From Candidatus Magasanikiibacteriota bacterium (GTDB lineage: Bacteria > Patescibacteriota > Patescibacteriia > Magasanikbacterales > UBA922), in contig JACPSK010000001.1 in assembly GCA_016193335.1 (NCBI GenBank), forward strand, positions 343,424 to 407,423: a stretch of DNA of 64,000 nucleotides, read 5' to 3'. Shown in pieces: positions 49,775-59,797 of this stretch (positions within the stretch are counted from its first letter, which is position 1; each line of letters starts with the position of its first letter). The notes beneath the pieces were generated by a model. The model saw only the letters and a list, made by a program, of their open reading frames with translations, was not told the DNA's origin and did no database searches. Made by a program: the position numbers and the translations under genes.

Positions 49775-50995
49775 TTAAGTCTGCAAGGCATTCTTTAACT
49801 TTGAAATTTGTTCAATAAGCAAAGTGTTTGCCGCCAAAATGATAATAAAAATAAGAATAAGGGAATTACTGCCCAAAAAAATTCCACCCATAATAGCCAC
49901 TATAGCCGCTCCCAGAGTTGTGACGATATTATCCATGGCTACTCCCACAACAGCATCGCCAATACGACCCTTCGGATGAACTGAAAAATTGTGTACCACG
50001 AGCATTTCGCCAAAACAACCGATAAGCCCGGCCAAGATGCCGGTAAGCACAAAAGGAATATGCGTAATATGCGAAAAAACCTCCATTGCTTTGACCATAC
50101 TTTCCGCGGCAAACAGAATAGCTATACCGGAAAAAACAAGATCAAGCCAAATCCGTGTTCCCTTTTGGCCGGCATAGTATCGTTCCTCTTCCGCAATCTC
50201 TTCAATGGGTGATTCGGGACGATGACTCTTGCGGAAATAATAGAGTACAGCGGCGCAAAGGATAAATAACATGATACCTAAGGGGAGAGTGAGTCTATAC
50301 AAATCACCTGCTATTTTTTCGTCCGCTCCCTTGACCTGGCCGAACAAAACCATACTGACGGCGACAAAAGCGGTGAGGAGAGTTAAGGCCGTTAAAATCC
50401 GAATTGCGGAATCCATTTCTATGAGAGATGGCTTTACCGTATGTTTTTCAAAAGGCGTCAGACTTCCGCCGATTTTGAATGGCGGGAACATAAGCACTGT
50501 TTTGCGCTCTGTGTTTGCCAGGTTCTGTCGGTACATGCACCAGACGGCGTGTACAATATTATAGATATTAGAGCCAAAAGTAGTGGAGGCCGCGATTATA
50601 GAGAGATTGATAGCGCGCACATAATCTATATCTCTTACCTGCAAGGCGGTAAACGCGGCCACCACGCCAATCACCATATCCGGGAAAGCGGTTCCAAAGG
50701 ATTGGAGAAAGCCGCCGGCCAACTTTGTCCTGTCTTTCAGAACATCGGTGGTTTCCTCGATCACTTTCGCCGTTCCCCGAAAAACATAGCCAATCCCAAT
50801 ACCAAAAATTAATATAATGAGCAAGGCCTGGAGCCAGACAAGTTCAGTATTTTCCAAAATTCGATCCACAATTACAAATCGCAGACCAAGAGCCAAAAAC
50901 ACGTACACGACAATTTTAAGAAATTGATTTTTTGTCCGCATAGGATCGGCTATTTTATTCTGGAAAAGTTTTGTTCTAATGCTGTAATTATACAC
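49775..50995 (-). CDS. Ca2+/cation antiporter (CaCA family, YrbG-like) membrane protein
   Basis: Two internal repeats with alpha-repeat-like motifs (GTAFPDMVIGV resembling GTSLPE; FGSNIYNIV resembling GSNIFNIL); about 10 TM. Confidence 0.45.
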   Translation of the reverse strand: MYNYSIRTKLFQNKIADPMRTKNQFLKIVVYVFLALGLRFVIVDRILENTELVWLQALLIILIFGIGIGYVFRGTAKVIEETTDVLKDRTKLAGGFLQSFGTAFPDMVIGVVAAFTALQVRDIDYVRAINLSIIAASTTFGSNIYNIVHAVWCMYRQNLANTERKTVLMFPPFKIGGSLTPFEKHTVKPSLIEMDSAIRILTALTLLTAFVAVSMVLFGQVKGADEKIAGDLYRLTLPLGIMLFILCAAVLYYFRKSHRPESPIEEIAEEERYYAGQKGTRIWLDLVFSGIAILFAAESMVKAMEVFSHITHIPFVLTGILAGLIGCFGEMLVVHNFSVHPKGRIGDAVVGVAMDNIVTTLGAAIVAIMGGIFLGSNSLILIFIIILAANTLLIEQISKLKNALQT

Positions 50996-51047
50996 TTTTT
51001 CACTTTAAGCAAACTATCTTACTCATTCTCTTTATTAAATTAATTAC

Positions 51048-51506
51048 TTAATGGCTTGTTTTCAGAGAATCAACCTTTTCCAAGGACATAGACAATTTCT
51101 GGGCCAGATAAGAAGAAAACGGCAACAAAAAGGTCATCTGCACGATTGGCGCGAGACCAACCCGCAGATACGAGATAATCGGCATTTCGCTGCCGTAGCT
51201 CCACCTTCCAGTAATGATTGCATGCTGTTCTACGAGAATAGCAACCAAAAAACCAAGAATCGCAAGTGCGATAAAATCGGTCCAATTAAATCGTGCAAAT
51301 TCTGTCCGCTTAACCAAAATTATAAAAAATAACGCTCCAATGCTAATTACCACATCACCCAGCGCGCCCCTTAAACACATTATAAAATGATCAGGAAAAG
51401 AAACGAATCCGGTATATAGAGGTGCCTGAATATTTTCCCAAAAAATATGGAGTACAAAGGAAATTACCGCGAAAAGAAAAAGATAATGAAGATTAAGACT
51501 TTTCAT
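51048..51506 (-). CDS. Small integral membrane protein (4 TM), function unknown
   Basis: 152 aa and hydrophobic. Confidence 0.35.
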   Translation of the reverse strand: MKSLNLHYLFLFAVISFVLHIFWENIQAPLYTGFVSFPDHFIMCLRGALGDVVISIGALFFIILVKRTEFARFNWTDFIALAILGFLVAILVEQHAIITGRWSYGSEMPIISYLRVGLAPIVQMTFLLPFSSYLAQKLSMSLEKVDSLKTSH

Positions 51507-51509
51507 AAC

Positions 51510-51719
51510 CTACACGCCGAGTAAAAAATCCAACACAAAAGCCAACACAATACAGACCATCCCAACGTAGCCAAAAAACTGTTCCCAACGCATCGCTACA
51601 AATGTATGTCGGTCAATTTTTTCTTCACGCAAAACCCGATGGTGAACTTTGAGTGCGGCAACCGCGATTAACAAGGTTCCCAGAGTCTGCAGAAAACTGA
51701 CTGCCAAATGTATGTTCAT
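51510..51719 (-). CDS. Small membrane protein (2 TM), function unknown
   Basis: 69 aa, immediately downstream of the gene at 51048-51506, suggesting coupled expression. Confidence 0.3.
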   Translation of the reverse strand: MNIHLAVSFLQTLGTLLIAVAALKVHHRVLREEKIDRHTFVAMRWEQFFGYVGMVCIVLAFVLDFLLGV

Positions 51720-51786
51720 GGATTTAGATAATTGTCCCCGATACTCAAGTATGGTACTATTTTAGCATACATTAGCAAAACTTCCT

Positions 51787-52437
51787 ATGCTCCAAAACAT
51801 AATATTCCTGGTTGACGTAGACAATACACTCCTCAATAATGACCTCGTAAAACAACAGATTAAAAAATCCCTCGCGGGTGTGCTCGGCGCGGCCGAAGCC
51901 GCTCATTTCTGGCAGCACCATGATGAATTCAGATCATACCAAAAATTGGTCGACTTCCCGGCCATAACGCGTCAGTACTGTTCTGAACAGCATTCGGACA
52001 GATGCGAGATACTGGTGGGTGACATATTCACGGAGATCAGGTTCGCCGATGCCCTCTACCCGAAAGCACTCCACGTGCTACAGCATCTTAAAACACTTGG
52101 CACAGTTCTCATTTTTTCCGAGGGAGACATGGTGTATCAAAAATTGAAAATTGAACAAAGCGGCATTGCCGGGACTGCCGACGGTGTATTGCTCTTTACT
52201 CACAAACTTGACCATTTGCCGGAAATAATCAAGCAATACCAATCTAGCCATTTGGTTTTTATCGACGACCGCGATGACAAACTTATGGAAATTAAAAAAC
52301 AGGCGCCTGAAGCCATAACTATCGTCGTGTGCCAGGGACATTATGCCAAACCGGGTTGTCTCATGGAGCACTCCGCTGACCGGGTGCTTGGTTCGGTGGC
52401 AGATCTACTGAAGCTTACCGCGGAACAACTGCTCTAA
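51787..52437 (+). CDS. HAD-superfamily hydrolase
   Basis: Motif I DVDNTLL at the N-terminus, motif IV-like FIDDRDD; 216 aa. Confidence 0.6.
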   Translation: MLQNIIFLVDVDNTLLNNDLVKQQIKKSLAGVLGAAEAAHFWQHHDEFRSYQKLVDFPAITRQYCSEQHSDRCEILVGDIFTEIRFADALYPKALHVLQHLKTLGTVLIFSEGDMVYQKLKIEQSGIAGTADGVLLFTHKLDHLPEIIKQYQSSHLVFIDDRDDKLMEIKKQAPEAITIVVCQGHYAKPGCLMEHSADRVLGSVADLLKLTAEQLL

Positions 52438-52498
52438 ATCAGCGAGACTGCCGACGCCATTTATTTCGTCGGCCGATACCAATACTGTGGCCGTTCCT

Positions 52499-54889
52499 TT
52501 ACTTTTTTTTCCTCGGCTTCTTGGCGACATCATGGCCGCCAAATTGATTACGAAGCGCGGACACTACCTGGCCCGTGTAATTCGGCCGTTTTTTTGATCG
52601 ATTACGGAATAAAAGCGCCTCATGAATGACTTTGTCGGCAACGCCCATTTCGTGAGCTGTTTTGACGGTCCAGGCGCCTTCACCAAGCCCGTCAACGGAT
52701 CCAAAAATTGGTTTGAGATTTTCGCCATACATTTCAAAAGCATTTTTAAGCCACCCGATAAGGCGAGACTCTATGACGCTACCCTTGTTGTAAATATCAC
52801 TCACGCGGGTGAGATCAAGTTTAAAATGAGCTTTTTTAAGAATGGTAAATCCCTCCGCGATGGCTTGCATCATTCCGTACTCAATACCATTATGAACCAT
52901 CTTTACAAAATGACCGGCTCCATGACCAGCGAAAAATTGATACCCGCCGGGCAAGGCAAAATCGCGGAATAGTTGTTCTACAAGTTCAAAATCTTTTTGA
53001 ACTCCGCCGATCATAAGACAGGCACCACGGCGGGCGCCTCCGGGGCCACCGGATGTTCCCGCGTCTAAAAATTTGATCCCATATTTTTTTAACTTTGCTG
53101 CGCGTCGGGTAGTGTCCTTGTAATAAGAATTACCACCGTCAATTACCATGTCACCCTTTTTGAGATACTTGGTAAGACCATTTTTACCAAATAAAACTTC
53201 ATCCACCGGCTTTCCGGCCGGGATCATAAGCCACACAATCTTTTTTGGTGACAATTTTTTGATTGCTTCCCCAATACTATATGCCGGCACGAGACCTTCC
53301 TTTGCCAATACTTCGGTGGCATCCGGAGTATGGTTGTATCCAACTACTTTCCAATTTTGATCCATCATTCGCCGCGCCATATTTCCACCCATTTTTCCCA
53401 AACCGATAATAACCATTTCCTTGCATAACCCATTAGTTGGTGCCTTAGTTCCAATTCGATTGGCATCCACAATCATTTTGTTTGTTCCCGGCGCGTAATT
53501 AACAAGTGGAACTATATTTTTTCTCCACGCGTTTTCTACGGGGTCGGTAAACTTCCACTCCGCCATTATTTCTCGTTCGGAAACAAAACTGTCCAGGTCG
53601 CCCATTAAACAATTAAAGATAAGTTCGGCATATTCTTCGACGTATTGAGTTTTTTGCGCGTGCTCGTAAAGAAAAAAATTAAAAACACGTTCTTCAAGTT
53701 TTTTTTCAAAACCCGGAGTCTTGGTCCAGAAGTGAATGGAGATGCGATCTTCCGGCGCCAAACTAAATACCACTTGATTATGTATGTGACGGTCTGGAGC
53801 ACACGCCACGCAGAGGCTTGGATGCTTCATCGTAACCACAATTTCTTTTTTGGACTCAGGGCAACGTTTGCCCGCCTCAAGAGTGACGGGAATACCCTGC
53901 CAAGCTGGATGAGTAAGTTCGGTTTTCAACTTAAAATAGGTTTCAGTCCCGGATTTTGGCGACACCCCCGCGATACTTTTAAAACCGTCGTATTGAGCGC
54001 GGAAGGTATTGTGTTTGATATCTTGGCTTGTCCACAATGCAAGTGATTCCAAAATTTCCGCCCGGCGCGCACGGTGTGTTTCGGCGTTCATATCGCGCGG
54101 TATGTCCATGGTGAGAGTCGCAAGCATTTGCAGTAAATGATTTTGCCCGACATCTTTAAATGCCCCTACGGCATCGTAAAAAGCGCCCCGATCTTCAGCA
54201 CCGATGGTTTCGAGCAGCCGCACGTCGATGCGTTCGATTGAACTTTTATCCCAGGAGCGCTCAAATAAGTTGTTTGAAAAACGAAAATGTAAAATAGCTT
54301 GTACGATCTCTTTGGCTAAATAATGGTCGATTAAGTATAATTGTTTTTCTTTAAAGTATTTTTTTAAAAGAGTAAATAATTTTTTTGCACTTTTTTCATC
54401 AGCCCCAAAAGGCTTCTCAACCAAAAGGCGTGTCCAGCCCAACTCGCCGCCGCAGGGAATATTTAATCCCACCTTAGCCATGTTTTGAAAAATAATTTCA
54501 AAATGTTCCGGTGGTACTGCCAGATAGAATAATTTATTGGTGCACACACCCCACTCATTATCAATATTTTCTAATTCATTTTTAAGATTAGCAAAAGATG
54601 TGGCGTCAGAAAATTCTCCGGTTGTGTAGCTGAATCGTTCTATGATTTCATTAACCATTTTTTTATCGGCCTCGAGTATCCGCTCTTGAATGTCAGCGCG
54701 CATTTGCTTTCGGAATTGATCGTTCGACATTTCTCTTCTCGCCATACCCACCACGCGAAAACGTGTAGGGAGTCGTTTGTTAATATAAAGATGATAGACC
54801 GAAGGCGCGATTTTTTTCTTTACCAAATCTCCGGTTGCGCCAAGCACGACCAGAATAGTGGGGATTTCAATGGTAAGCGGTGCTTTCAT
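52499..54889 (-). CDS. zwf-gnd: Fusion protein: glucose-6-phosphate dehydrogenase (N-terminal, about 480 aa) plus short-form 6-phosphogluconate dehydrogenase (C-terminal, about 300 aa)
   Basis: N-terminus VVLGATGDLVKKKIAPSVYHL and the EKPFG active-site region are G6PD signatures. The C-terminus has a Rossmann IIGLGKMGGNMARR and a 6PGDH catalytic region (GHFVKMVHNGIEYGMMQAIAEGF). One ORF without an internal stop. Confidence 0.7.
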   Translation of the reverse strand: MKAPLTIEIPTILVVLGATGDLVKKKIAPSVYHLYINKRLPTRFRVVGMARREMSNDQFRKQMRADIQERILEADKKMVNEIIERFSYTTGEFSDATSFANLKNELENIDNEWGVCTNKLFYLAVPPEHFEIIFQNMAKVGLNIPCGGELGWTRLLVEKPFGADEKSAKKLFTLLKKYFKEKQLYLIDHYLAKEIVQAILHFRFSNNLFERSWDKSSIERIDVRLLETIGAEDRGAFYDAVGAFKDVGQNHLLQMLATLTMDIPRDMNAETHRARRAEILESLALWTSQDIKHNTFRAQYDGFKSIAGVSPKSGTETYFKLKTELTHPAWQGIPVTLEAGKRCPESKKEIVVTMKHPSLCVACAPDRHIHNQVVFSLAPEDRISIHFWTKTPGFEKKLEERVFNFFLYEHAQKTQYVEEYAELIFNCLMGDLDSFVSEREIMAEWKFTDPVENAWRKNIVPLVNYAPGTNKMIVDANRIGTKAPTNGLCKEMVIIGLGKMGGNMARRMMDQNWKVVGYNHTPDATEVLAKEGLVPAYSIGEAIKKLSPKKIVWLMIPAGKPVDEVLFGKNGLTKYLKKGDMVIDGGNSYYKDTTRRAAKLKKYGIKFLDAGTSGGPGGARRGACLMIGGVQKDFELVEQLFRDFALPGGYQFFAGHGAGHFVKMVHNGIEYGMMQAIAEGFTILKKAHFKLDLTRVSDIYNKGSVIESRLIGWLKNAFEMYGENLKPIFGSVDGLGEGAWTVKTAHEMGVADKVIHEALLFRNRSKKRPNYTGQVVSALRNQFGGHDVAKKPRKKK

Positions 54890-54893
54890 ATGG

Positions 54894-55502
54894 CTACGAA
54901 ATTACGGGCAAACCCGCTAATTCTTCCTTATTAATTTTAATATACAATGGATTTCTTTTCAACGCCGGTTTTCCGTTATGTTCGACCACGTAGTAGGCAA
55001 ACCCGCGCATTTTTTTAACAATTTCGTAATCGGCGTGGCCAGGCATACTAACTGGATTGGCTTCATCGAAATTTACCGGACTGTCGTCGGCCGTGACAAA
55101 ATAAATACTGCCGGTATTAACTGCTAAGTGTCCGTAACCAGGCGACATATAGACGCTGTCGCCGGCTTTGACCGGAATCGCGATAAATTCCTCAATAACA
55201 TCGGGGATGGACTGGCCTTGCTCATCTACCGCCATTTTTTGTTTGAGCACAATCCCCTCGCCAAACAAAACCCAGTAGGTCTCGTCAAGCTGACCGATGT
55301 GATAATGTCCGTACGTTTTGATGTATTCACCACTGATAGTTCCCGGTTCCCACACGGTAATGTTGCGCTGGTCGCTGCCGCCGCGGATCATATAGTAATG
55401 AATGGCCGGGCCGGCGCTATTCGGATCCATAAGAACTTCCCGCATTTTCGCCTGATCACGGGCGGCGTAATGTTTTGGGACGAAAGTGAAATCTATGGAC
55501 AT
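54894..55502 (-). CDS. Cupin-type (archaeal-type) glucose-6-phosphate isomerase
   Basis: TYGHYH...E and SPGYGHLAVN match the cPGI signatures TXGHXHX6-8E and PPXXXHX3N; 202 aa. Confidence 0.5.
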   Translation of the reverse strand: MSIDFTFVPKHYAARDQAKMREVLMDPNSAGPAIHYYMIRGGSDQRNITVWEPGTISGEYIKTYGHYHIGQLDETYWVLFGEGIVLKQKMAVDEQGQSIPDVIEEFIAIPVKAGDSVYMSPGYGHLAVNTGSIYFVTADDSPVNFDEANPVSMPGHADYEIVKKMRGFAYYVVEHNGKPALKRNPLYIKINKEELAGLPVIS

Positions 55503-55511
55503 ATAAAAAAA

Positions 55512-56381
55512 TTATTTGGTTAAGTTATTCCAATCAGCAGAAAATTTAACAATCCCTTTTTGAGTCAAGGGATGGCTGATGTCAAACGTCCACCAAGGAG
55601 CCTCGATGTCATAATTTTCGTATACAATATGTTTGCTACCGAGTACTCCCTCATCAACATCCGGCATGGACGTTGGCACGGGCGAGCCAAGCACGATCCA
55701 ATCTTTGATAATCGAAGTCGGAACAGTAATAATATCGGTTTTGAGATACAATGAATATAATAAATGGTTTACGGTCCGTATGCTTGCGACAAGCAGTTCA
55801 ACGTGTCCATCACCGGACGCATACATTTTTTGAATATTTTTTATTAAATCCATACCGTGTTCGTGCCTGTCGTCAAGCCTGCCGTCAAACGGCGAAATAA
55901 ACACCTGCCCCCTGATTGCTCCGCATGTGGCCGCGTACACGGCCGCCGCCTGTGCTTGCGAAAAGCACAGCGTCATGTTTACGCGTAATCCATCTTTTAC
56001 TAATTTCTCAGCCGCTTCAAGACCGGCGGACGTAATGGGCAGTTTAATATGGGCATTGGGAATCCATTTGAACATTTCTTTTCCTTGAGCAATCATTTCT
56101 TGGGCAGTCGTATGTTCGTCTGCATAGACTTCAATTGAAACCGACCCACGTGGTATCTGTTCGGATATTTTTTCCACGATTCCGCGGTAAAAGGCAAAAA
56201 TTTCTTCACGATTAAATTTTTTACCCACTGTCAAACGTTGCATAGCGTCCGGATTTTTTGCAATCAGCGTCGGATTAGTGGTTTGTCCATCGAGCCATCC
56301 GAGTTCCAAGATTATTTTCTTTGTTTCTTGCGGGTCGCCACTATCGAGAAAAATTTTGGTTGAAAGATTTTTTGGTTTCAT
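55512..56381 (-). CDS. tal: Transaldolase
   Basis: IFLDSGDPQE ... DGQTTNPTLI signature; 289 aa. Confidence 0.75.
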   Translation of the reverse strand: MKPKNLSTKIFLDSGDPQETKKIILELGWLDGQTTNPTLIAKNPDAMQRLTVGKKFNREEIFAFYRGIVEKISEQIPRGSVSIEVYADEHTTAQEMIAQGKEMFKWIPNAHIKLPITSAGLEAAEKLVKDGLRVNMTLCFSQAQAAAVYAATCGAIRGQVFISPFDGRLDDRHEHGMDLIKNIQKMYASGDGHVELLVASIRTVNHLLYSLYLKTDIITVPTSIIKDWIVLGSPVPTSMPDVDEGVLGSKHIVYENYDIEAPWWTFDISHPLTQKGIVKFSADWNNLTK

Positions 56382-56455
56382 ATTTTACATGAAAAAATAA
56401 CATTCGCTGTTGGCGCAGTTTACATGGTCGTGGTGGTTTTTTTACAATTGCTCGT

Positions 56456-56539
56456 CTAGGCTCCAACTTTAGTCGTGCAACCGCAGGTACAGCTGCCGTC
56501 ATTGTTGGTGTGTTCGTGTCCACATTGAGTGCATGTCAT
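56456..56539 (-). CDS. 27-aa Cys-rich (metallothionein-like) peptide
   Basis: Not in the ORF track (shorter than 60 aa). Translates to MTCTQCGHEHTNNDGSCTCGCTTKVGA (6 Cys of 27); shares CGH[DE]H and DG[ST]C motifs with the 60-aa peptide at 58621-58803. Confidence 0.35.
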   Translation of the reverse strand: MTCTQCGHEHTNNDGSCTCGCTTKVGA

Positions 56540-56664
56540 ATACATTCTATTAAAAAAATTTACCGTTAATTATTTACCCCCCCCCCACTTGTTTTTGCAT
56601 CATGGTGCTCAAGCGCACCGGCATCATGATGAGAGCGATTAAAATGCCCGTGAGCATACCGCTA

Positions 56665-57048
56665 TTACTCCCATATGCGTAACAGTTTACCCGTGTATTC
56701 TACCACCACGTATAACCAGACTACATACGCCACCGCGCCAACTGCGAGAGTGATGGCGACGATATTGATAATTTCACTCCGCCGTCGTTTTGCTTGATCC
56801 AGAGTGCAAATGCCTTTGGTTTTTCTTAAGTATAACACAATACTGGCCACGAGTAATAGAAATCCAAGTATTCGAAACCACCACCGATATTCACCATAAA
56901 ATACCGTGCCAAGCGAAGCCGCGAAAGTGACTGAACTTAAACCAAACAAAACCAAAATAACCGGACTCAGGCAACAGAGCGATGCCGCAACGACCGGTAG
57001 CCAGGTGATTTTAAAAATTTCTTTCGCTCTCATATCTTTTTCATACAA
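56665..57048 (-). CDS. MerT-like heavy-metal transport membrane protein
   Basis: TM1 carries SLCCLSPVILVLFG, which matches the MerT ACCLGPLVLIALG vicinal-Cys motif. 3 TM and a loop Cys (GICTLD). Start possibly MRAKEIF at 57033. Confidence 0.45.
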   Translation of the reverse strand: MYEKDMRAKEIFKITWLPVVAASLCCLSPVILVLFGLSSVTFAASLGTVFYGEYRWWFRILGFLLLVASIVLYLRKTKGICTLDQAKRRRSEIINIVAITLAVGAVAYVVWLYVVVEYTGKLLRIWE

Positions 57049-57050
57049 AA

Positions 57051-57803
57051 TTACAAATAATTCAAAAGTTTATCGTAATTAATAAAATTAAACGTCTGAT
57101 AAAAAAAAGACATCCAGGTTCCTAAGTTATTCGTAAGCAATAATATTCCCAAAAAAACTAAAAACACGCCGCCAATGAAAGAAATCGTTTTGAGATATTT
57201 ACTGATTTTGTGAATATACGCGGTGGCTGAACTGAACCCAATGGCCACCAAGAGAAAGGGCACAGCTAGACCAAGAGAAAATACCAAAAGCAGGCCGGCG
57301 CCTTGGAGCACAGTCGTATAGGAAGCAGCCAAGGTGAGCACTGTCCCCAGAATCGGTCCAATACAGGGTGTCCAGCCGAACGCAAAAGCCATGCCAAAAA
57401 TAAGCGAACTAAACGGACGGCCGGGTTTCAAAGCGCTAACGTGAAAGCGTTTCTCGCTATTAAAAAATGGAATCTTGAGGAGGTGCATCATGTAGAGTCC
57501 AAAGATAATGACAAACACTCCACCAATCCGAGCCAGCCAATATCGGTATTCCGCGAGGTATGCTCCGCCAAGTCCAAAGACCGTACCAAGTATCACAAAA
57601 ACCGAACTGAAACCAAGCACGTACAGAAGTCCATTAAAAAATATTTTCCGTCTGACCATTTTGGCTCGGTTTGGATCATTAAGGTCGCCAATCGCGACAC
57701 CGCTGATAAACCCCAAATAACCGGGTACAAGCGGCAAGGTACAGGGCGCGAGAAACGTGAGCACTCCGGCCAGAAATGACGAGAATATAAGAGTAAAATC
57801 CAT
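57051..57803 (-). CDS. ccdA: Cytochrome c-type biogenesis / thiol-disulfide transporter CcdA (DsbD TM domain)
   Basis: Two conserved Cys in TM helices (LAPCTLPLVPGYLGF; GWTPCIGPILG); 6 TM; 250 aa. Confidence 0.8.
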   Translation of the reverse strand: MDFTLIFSSFLAGVLTFLAPCTLPLVPGYLGFISGVAIGDLNDPNRAKMVRRKIFFNGLLYVLGFSSVFVILGTVFGLGGAYLAEYRYWLARIGGVFVIIFGLYMMHLLKIPFFNSEKRFHVSALKPGRPFSSLIFGMAFAFGWTPCIGPILGTVLTLAASYTTVLQGAGLLLVFSLGLAVPFLLVAIGFSSATAYIHKISKYLKTISFIGGVFLVFLGILLLTNNLGTWMSFFYQTFNFINYDKLLNYL

Positions 57804-57805
57804 AC

Positions 57806-57973
57806 TTATTTTTGTTCTTCCGGCAAGGCGTGTTTAATAATATCGAGATTGCAACTCTGATGCGCCGCGCACCAGGCCTCACATTGTTCGGCGATCTTTT
57901 GGTCAACATAATTTAAACCACACACTTCACAGGTATACGCGGGTTGCTGATTTTTTTCAATTTTTTTTACCAT
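57806..57973 (-). CDS. 55-aa zinc-ribbon-like miniprotein coupled to ccdA
   Basis: Not in the ORF track. MVKKIEKNQQPAYTCEVCGLNYVDQKIAEQCEAWCAAHQSCNLDIIKHALPEEQK has CxxC plus a CxxxC pair. Stop lies 2 nt before the ccdA ATG. Confidence 0.4.
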   Translation of the reverse strand: MVKKIEKNQQPAYTCEVCGLNYVDQKIAEQCEAWCAAHQSCNLDIIKHALPEEQK

Positions 57974-57985
57974 ATCAAAATAAAA

Positions 57986-58540
57986 TTACGGTATTAATTT
58001 TTTAACCTTGGCACGCATTTCTTCCAATTCCATTGGGCCCCTTTTGTGGTCAGTAATGTCTCCGCGGACATCAACGAAGATAGTCTCAGGCATTGAAAAA
58101 GCGCCAATTCCCCTATAAAAAGAGTCATCCGGATCAAGTAAATATAAAACATTCCCCAGTCCTGCCAGGCGGTCAGTATATTCCCTGGCGATTTCAAGTG
58201 ATTCACCTCGATTTATAGCGATCACCAAAATTTTTTCGCCAAATTCTTTTTGCAGGGTAATAAAATCCGGCAACTCGTTTTTACAAAATGGACACCATGA
58301 CGCCCAGGAGTTAATTACAAGTGTTTTCCCGACTAAACCGCGTAGACTTACGTCCTTTCCACTGTAATCTTTTAGAACCAGATCGGGAATAGCCGTGCTT
58401 TTTGTTGTTTCACTCGTCGGGGTAGCGGCCGATGGCGGAGTTGAAACTACGGGCTTGCATCCCGCTCCCATGATAACCGATACGGTGAAGAAAGTAGTAA
58501 TGAAAAATATTTTCGACATATATTCTTGACTGTAAATCAT
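57986..58540 (-). CDS. Thiol-disulfide oxidoreductase lipoprotein (TlpA/ResA thioredoxin-like family)
   Basis: Lipoprotein signal (IMGAGCKP) and thioredoxin-fold active site WASWCPFCKNELPD. Confidence 0.8.
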   Translation of the reverse strand: MIYSQEYMSKIFFITTFFTVSVIMGAGCKPVVSTPPSAATPTSETTKSTAIPDLVLKDYSGKDVSLRGLVGKTLVINSWASWCPFCKNELPDFITLQKEFGEKILVIAINRGESLEIAREYTDRLAGLGNVLYLLDPDDSFYRGIGAFSMPETIFVDVRGDITDHKRGPMELEEMRAKVKKLIP

Positions 58541-58620
58541 CCGCCTCCGGTTCTGATTGATCAGAACCAGAAAGAATGTCTAAATTATCCTCAACAGGAT
58601 AATTTAGCTGGCTATTTGTA

Positions 58621-58803
58621 TCAGCAAGAGCACGTTGCGCAGTCGCAGCTGCCGCAAGTCCCATCACCATCTTTATGCTTGTCGTGGCCGCATGATGAAC
58701 ACGAACCACCATCGCTTGTTTTCATGCCACACGTGTGTGTTGCGCCCTCGACTCCGGCGCAGGCCTGGCATGAACCGGCCGGCATTGGTTGAGACTGATC
58801 CAT
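58621..58803 (-). CDS. 60-aa Cys-rich metallothionein-like peptide
   Basis: 13 Cys of 60 aa (SCQAC..THTCG..GSCSSCGHDKHKDGDGTCGSCDCATCSC). Low-complexity metal-binding character; sits in the redox operon. Confidence 0.45.
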   Translation of the reverse strand: MDQSQPMPAGSCQACAGVEGATHTCGMKTSDGGSCSSCGHDKHKDGDGTCGSCDCATCSC

Positions 58804-58846
58804 AGTATATATAGTTACAAGTTACATTAGTAAATTCGACCTTTGG

Positions 58847-59797
58847 CTATTTAAACAGTTCCGTATCCGGATGCGCCGCTGCCCAACTGAACCAGTAGAC
58901 GGCCACGGGGTTCAAACGCTCGAGCGTCCCGTCCGGTTTCTTTTCAAACAATCGGACCGCTTCGATGTCGGTATCGTACTCTCCTACTATTATTTTCCCG
59001 GCAAGGCTGTCTTCAATTTTCCCGGCCCTCTGAATGGCGACCGGATAATAGGCCTTGGCGTGACCATTTACCACCAAACCGAGAACAAGTTCTTTATCGT
59101 CCAATCGATTGTCAGTATGATTTATCGGGAAGTACGTCCCAGACGTGGTGTAATAATTTCCATATGGGTCGGTGCCGTAATCGCGAATCTGACCGGTGTT
59201 ACGAGACAAGACTTCGCCTTGTGGGAATGCTCTTTTCCAAGCGCCAAAGCGAATGATGTCCGATGCTAGTACCTTAAGTTTTGTACCCGTCATGTCCCCG
59301 ACGATCGCCTCACCAAGCACTTGGGACCACAAACTATGTGTTTTTCGGTCATACATCACGAGGTTTGAATTCCATAATTTCCCCGAAGTGCCAAATTCAA
59401 CGCGTTCACCGGCCACTACCGGATCAAATACAATGCCCGAACGACAGAGCGGACAATAGGTCACGAGCACGCGAATATCATCGAACAAGTCATTCACTAT
59501 TTCGTGCCATACCAAAATTTGAAAAGGATAAAAACGAGACCGGCCTTTATAATTAAGTGCCAAACCAATTTCAGCTTCACTTAAAAATTTTTCCGCTTCA
59601 TCAATTGCAACAAATTGCGGGTGGTCAATCGGAGGAATCCCGTCGGGCGGCGGGCCACCGTTCACAATTTCATCCAAAGGAACACTACGCTTTACCCCGC
59701 CAAAAAGACGAACCTGTTTTTCATAACCCCGCCAAACCAGCAAGCTTGGTACCAAGAGCGCAATTGCTATAATGGCATAGGTTATTTTTTGCGACAT
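58847..59797 (-). CDS. DUF3179-family protein (secreted or membrane-anchored)
   Basis: N-terminal TM/signal and the conserved GGPPPDGIPPIDHPQF block typical of DUF3179. Confidence 0.6.
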   Translation of the reverse strand: MSQKITYAIIAIALLVPSLLVWRGYEKQVRLFGGVKRSVPLDEIVNGGPPPDGIPPIDHPQFVAIDEAEKFLSEAEIGLALNYKGRSRFYPFQILVWHEIVNDLFDDIRVLVTYCPLCRSGIVFDPVVAGERVEFGTSGKLWNSNLVMYDRKTHSLWSQVLGEAIVGDMTGTKLKVLASDIIRFGAWKRAFPQGEVLSRNTGQIRDYGTDPYGNYYTTSGTYFPINHTDNRLDDKELVLGLVVNGHAKAYYPVAIQRAGKIEDSLAGKIIVGEYDTDIEAVRLFEKKPDGTLERLNPVAVYWFSWAAAHPDTELFK

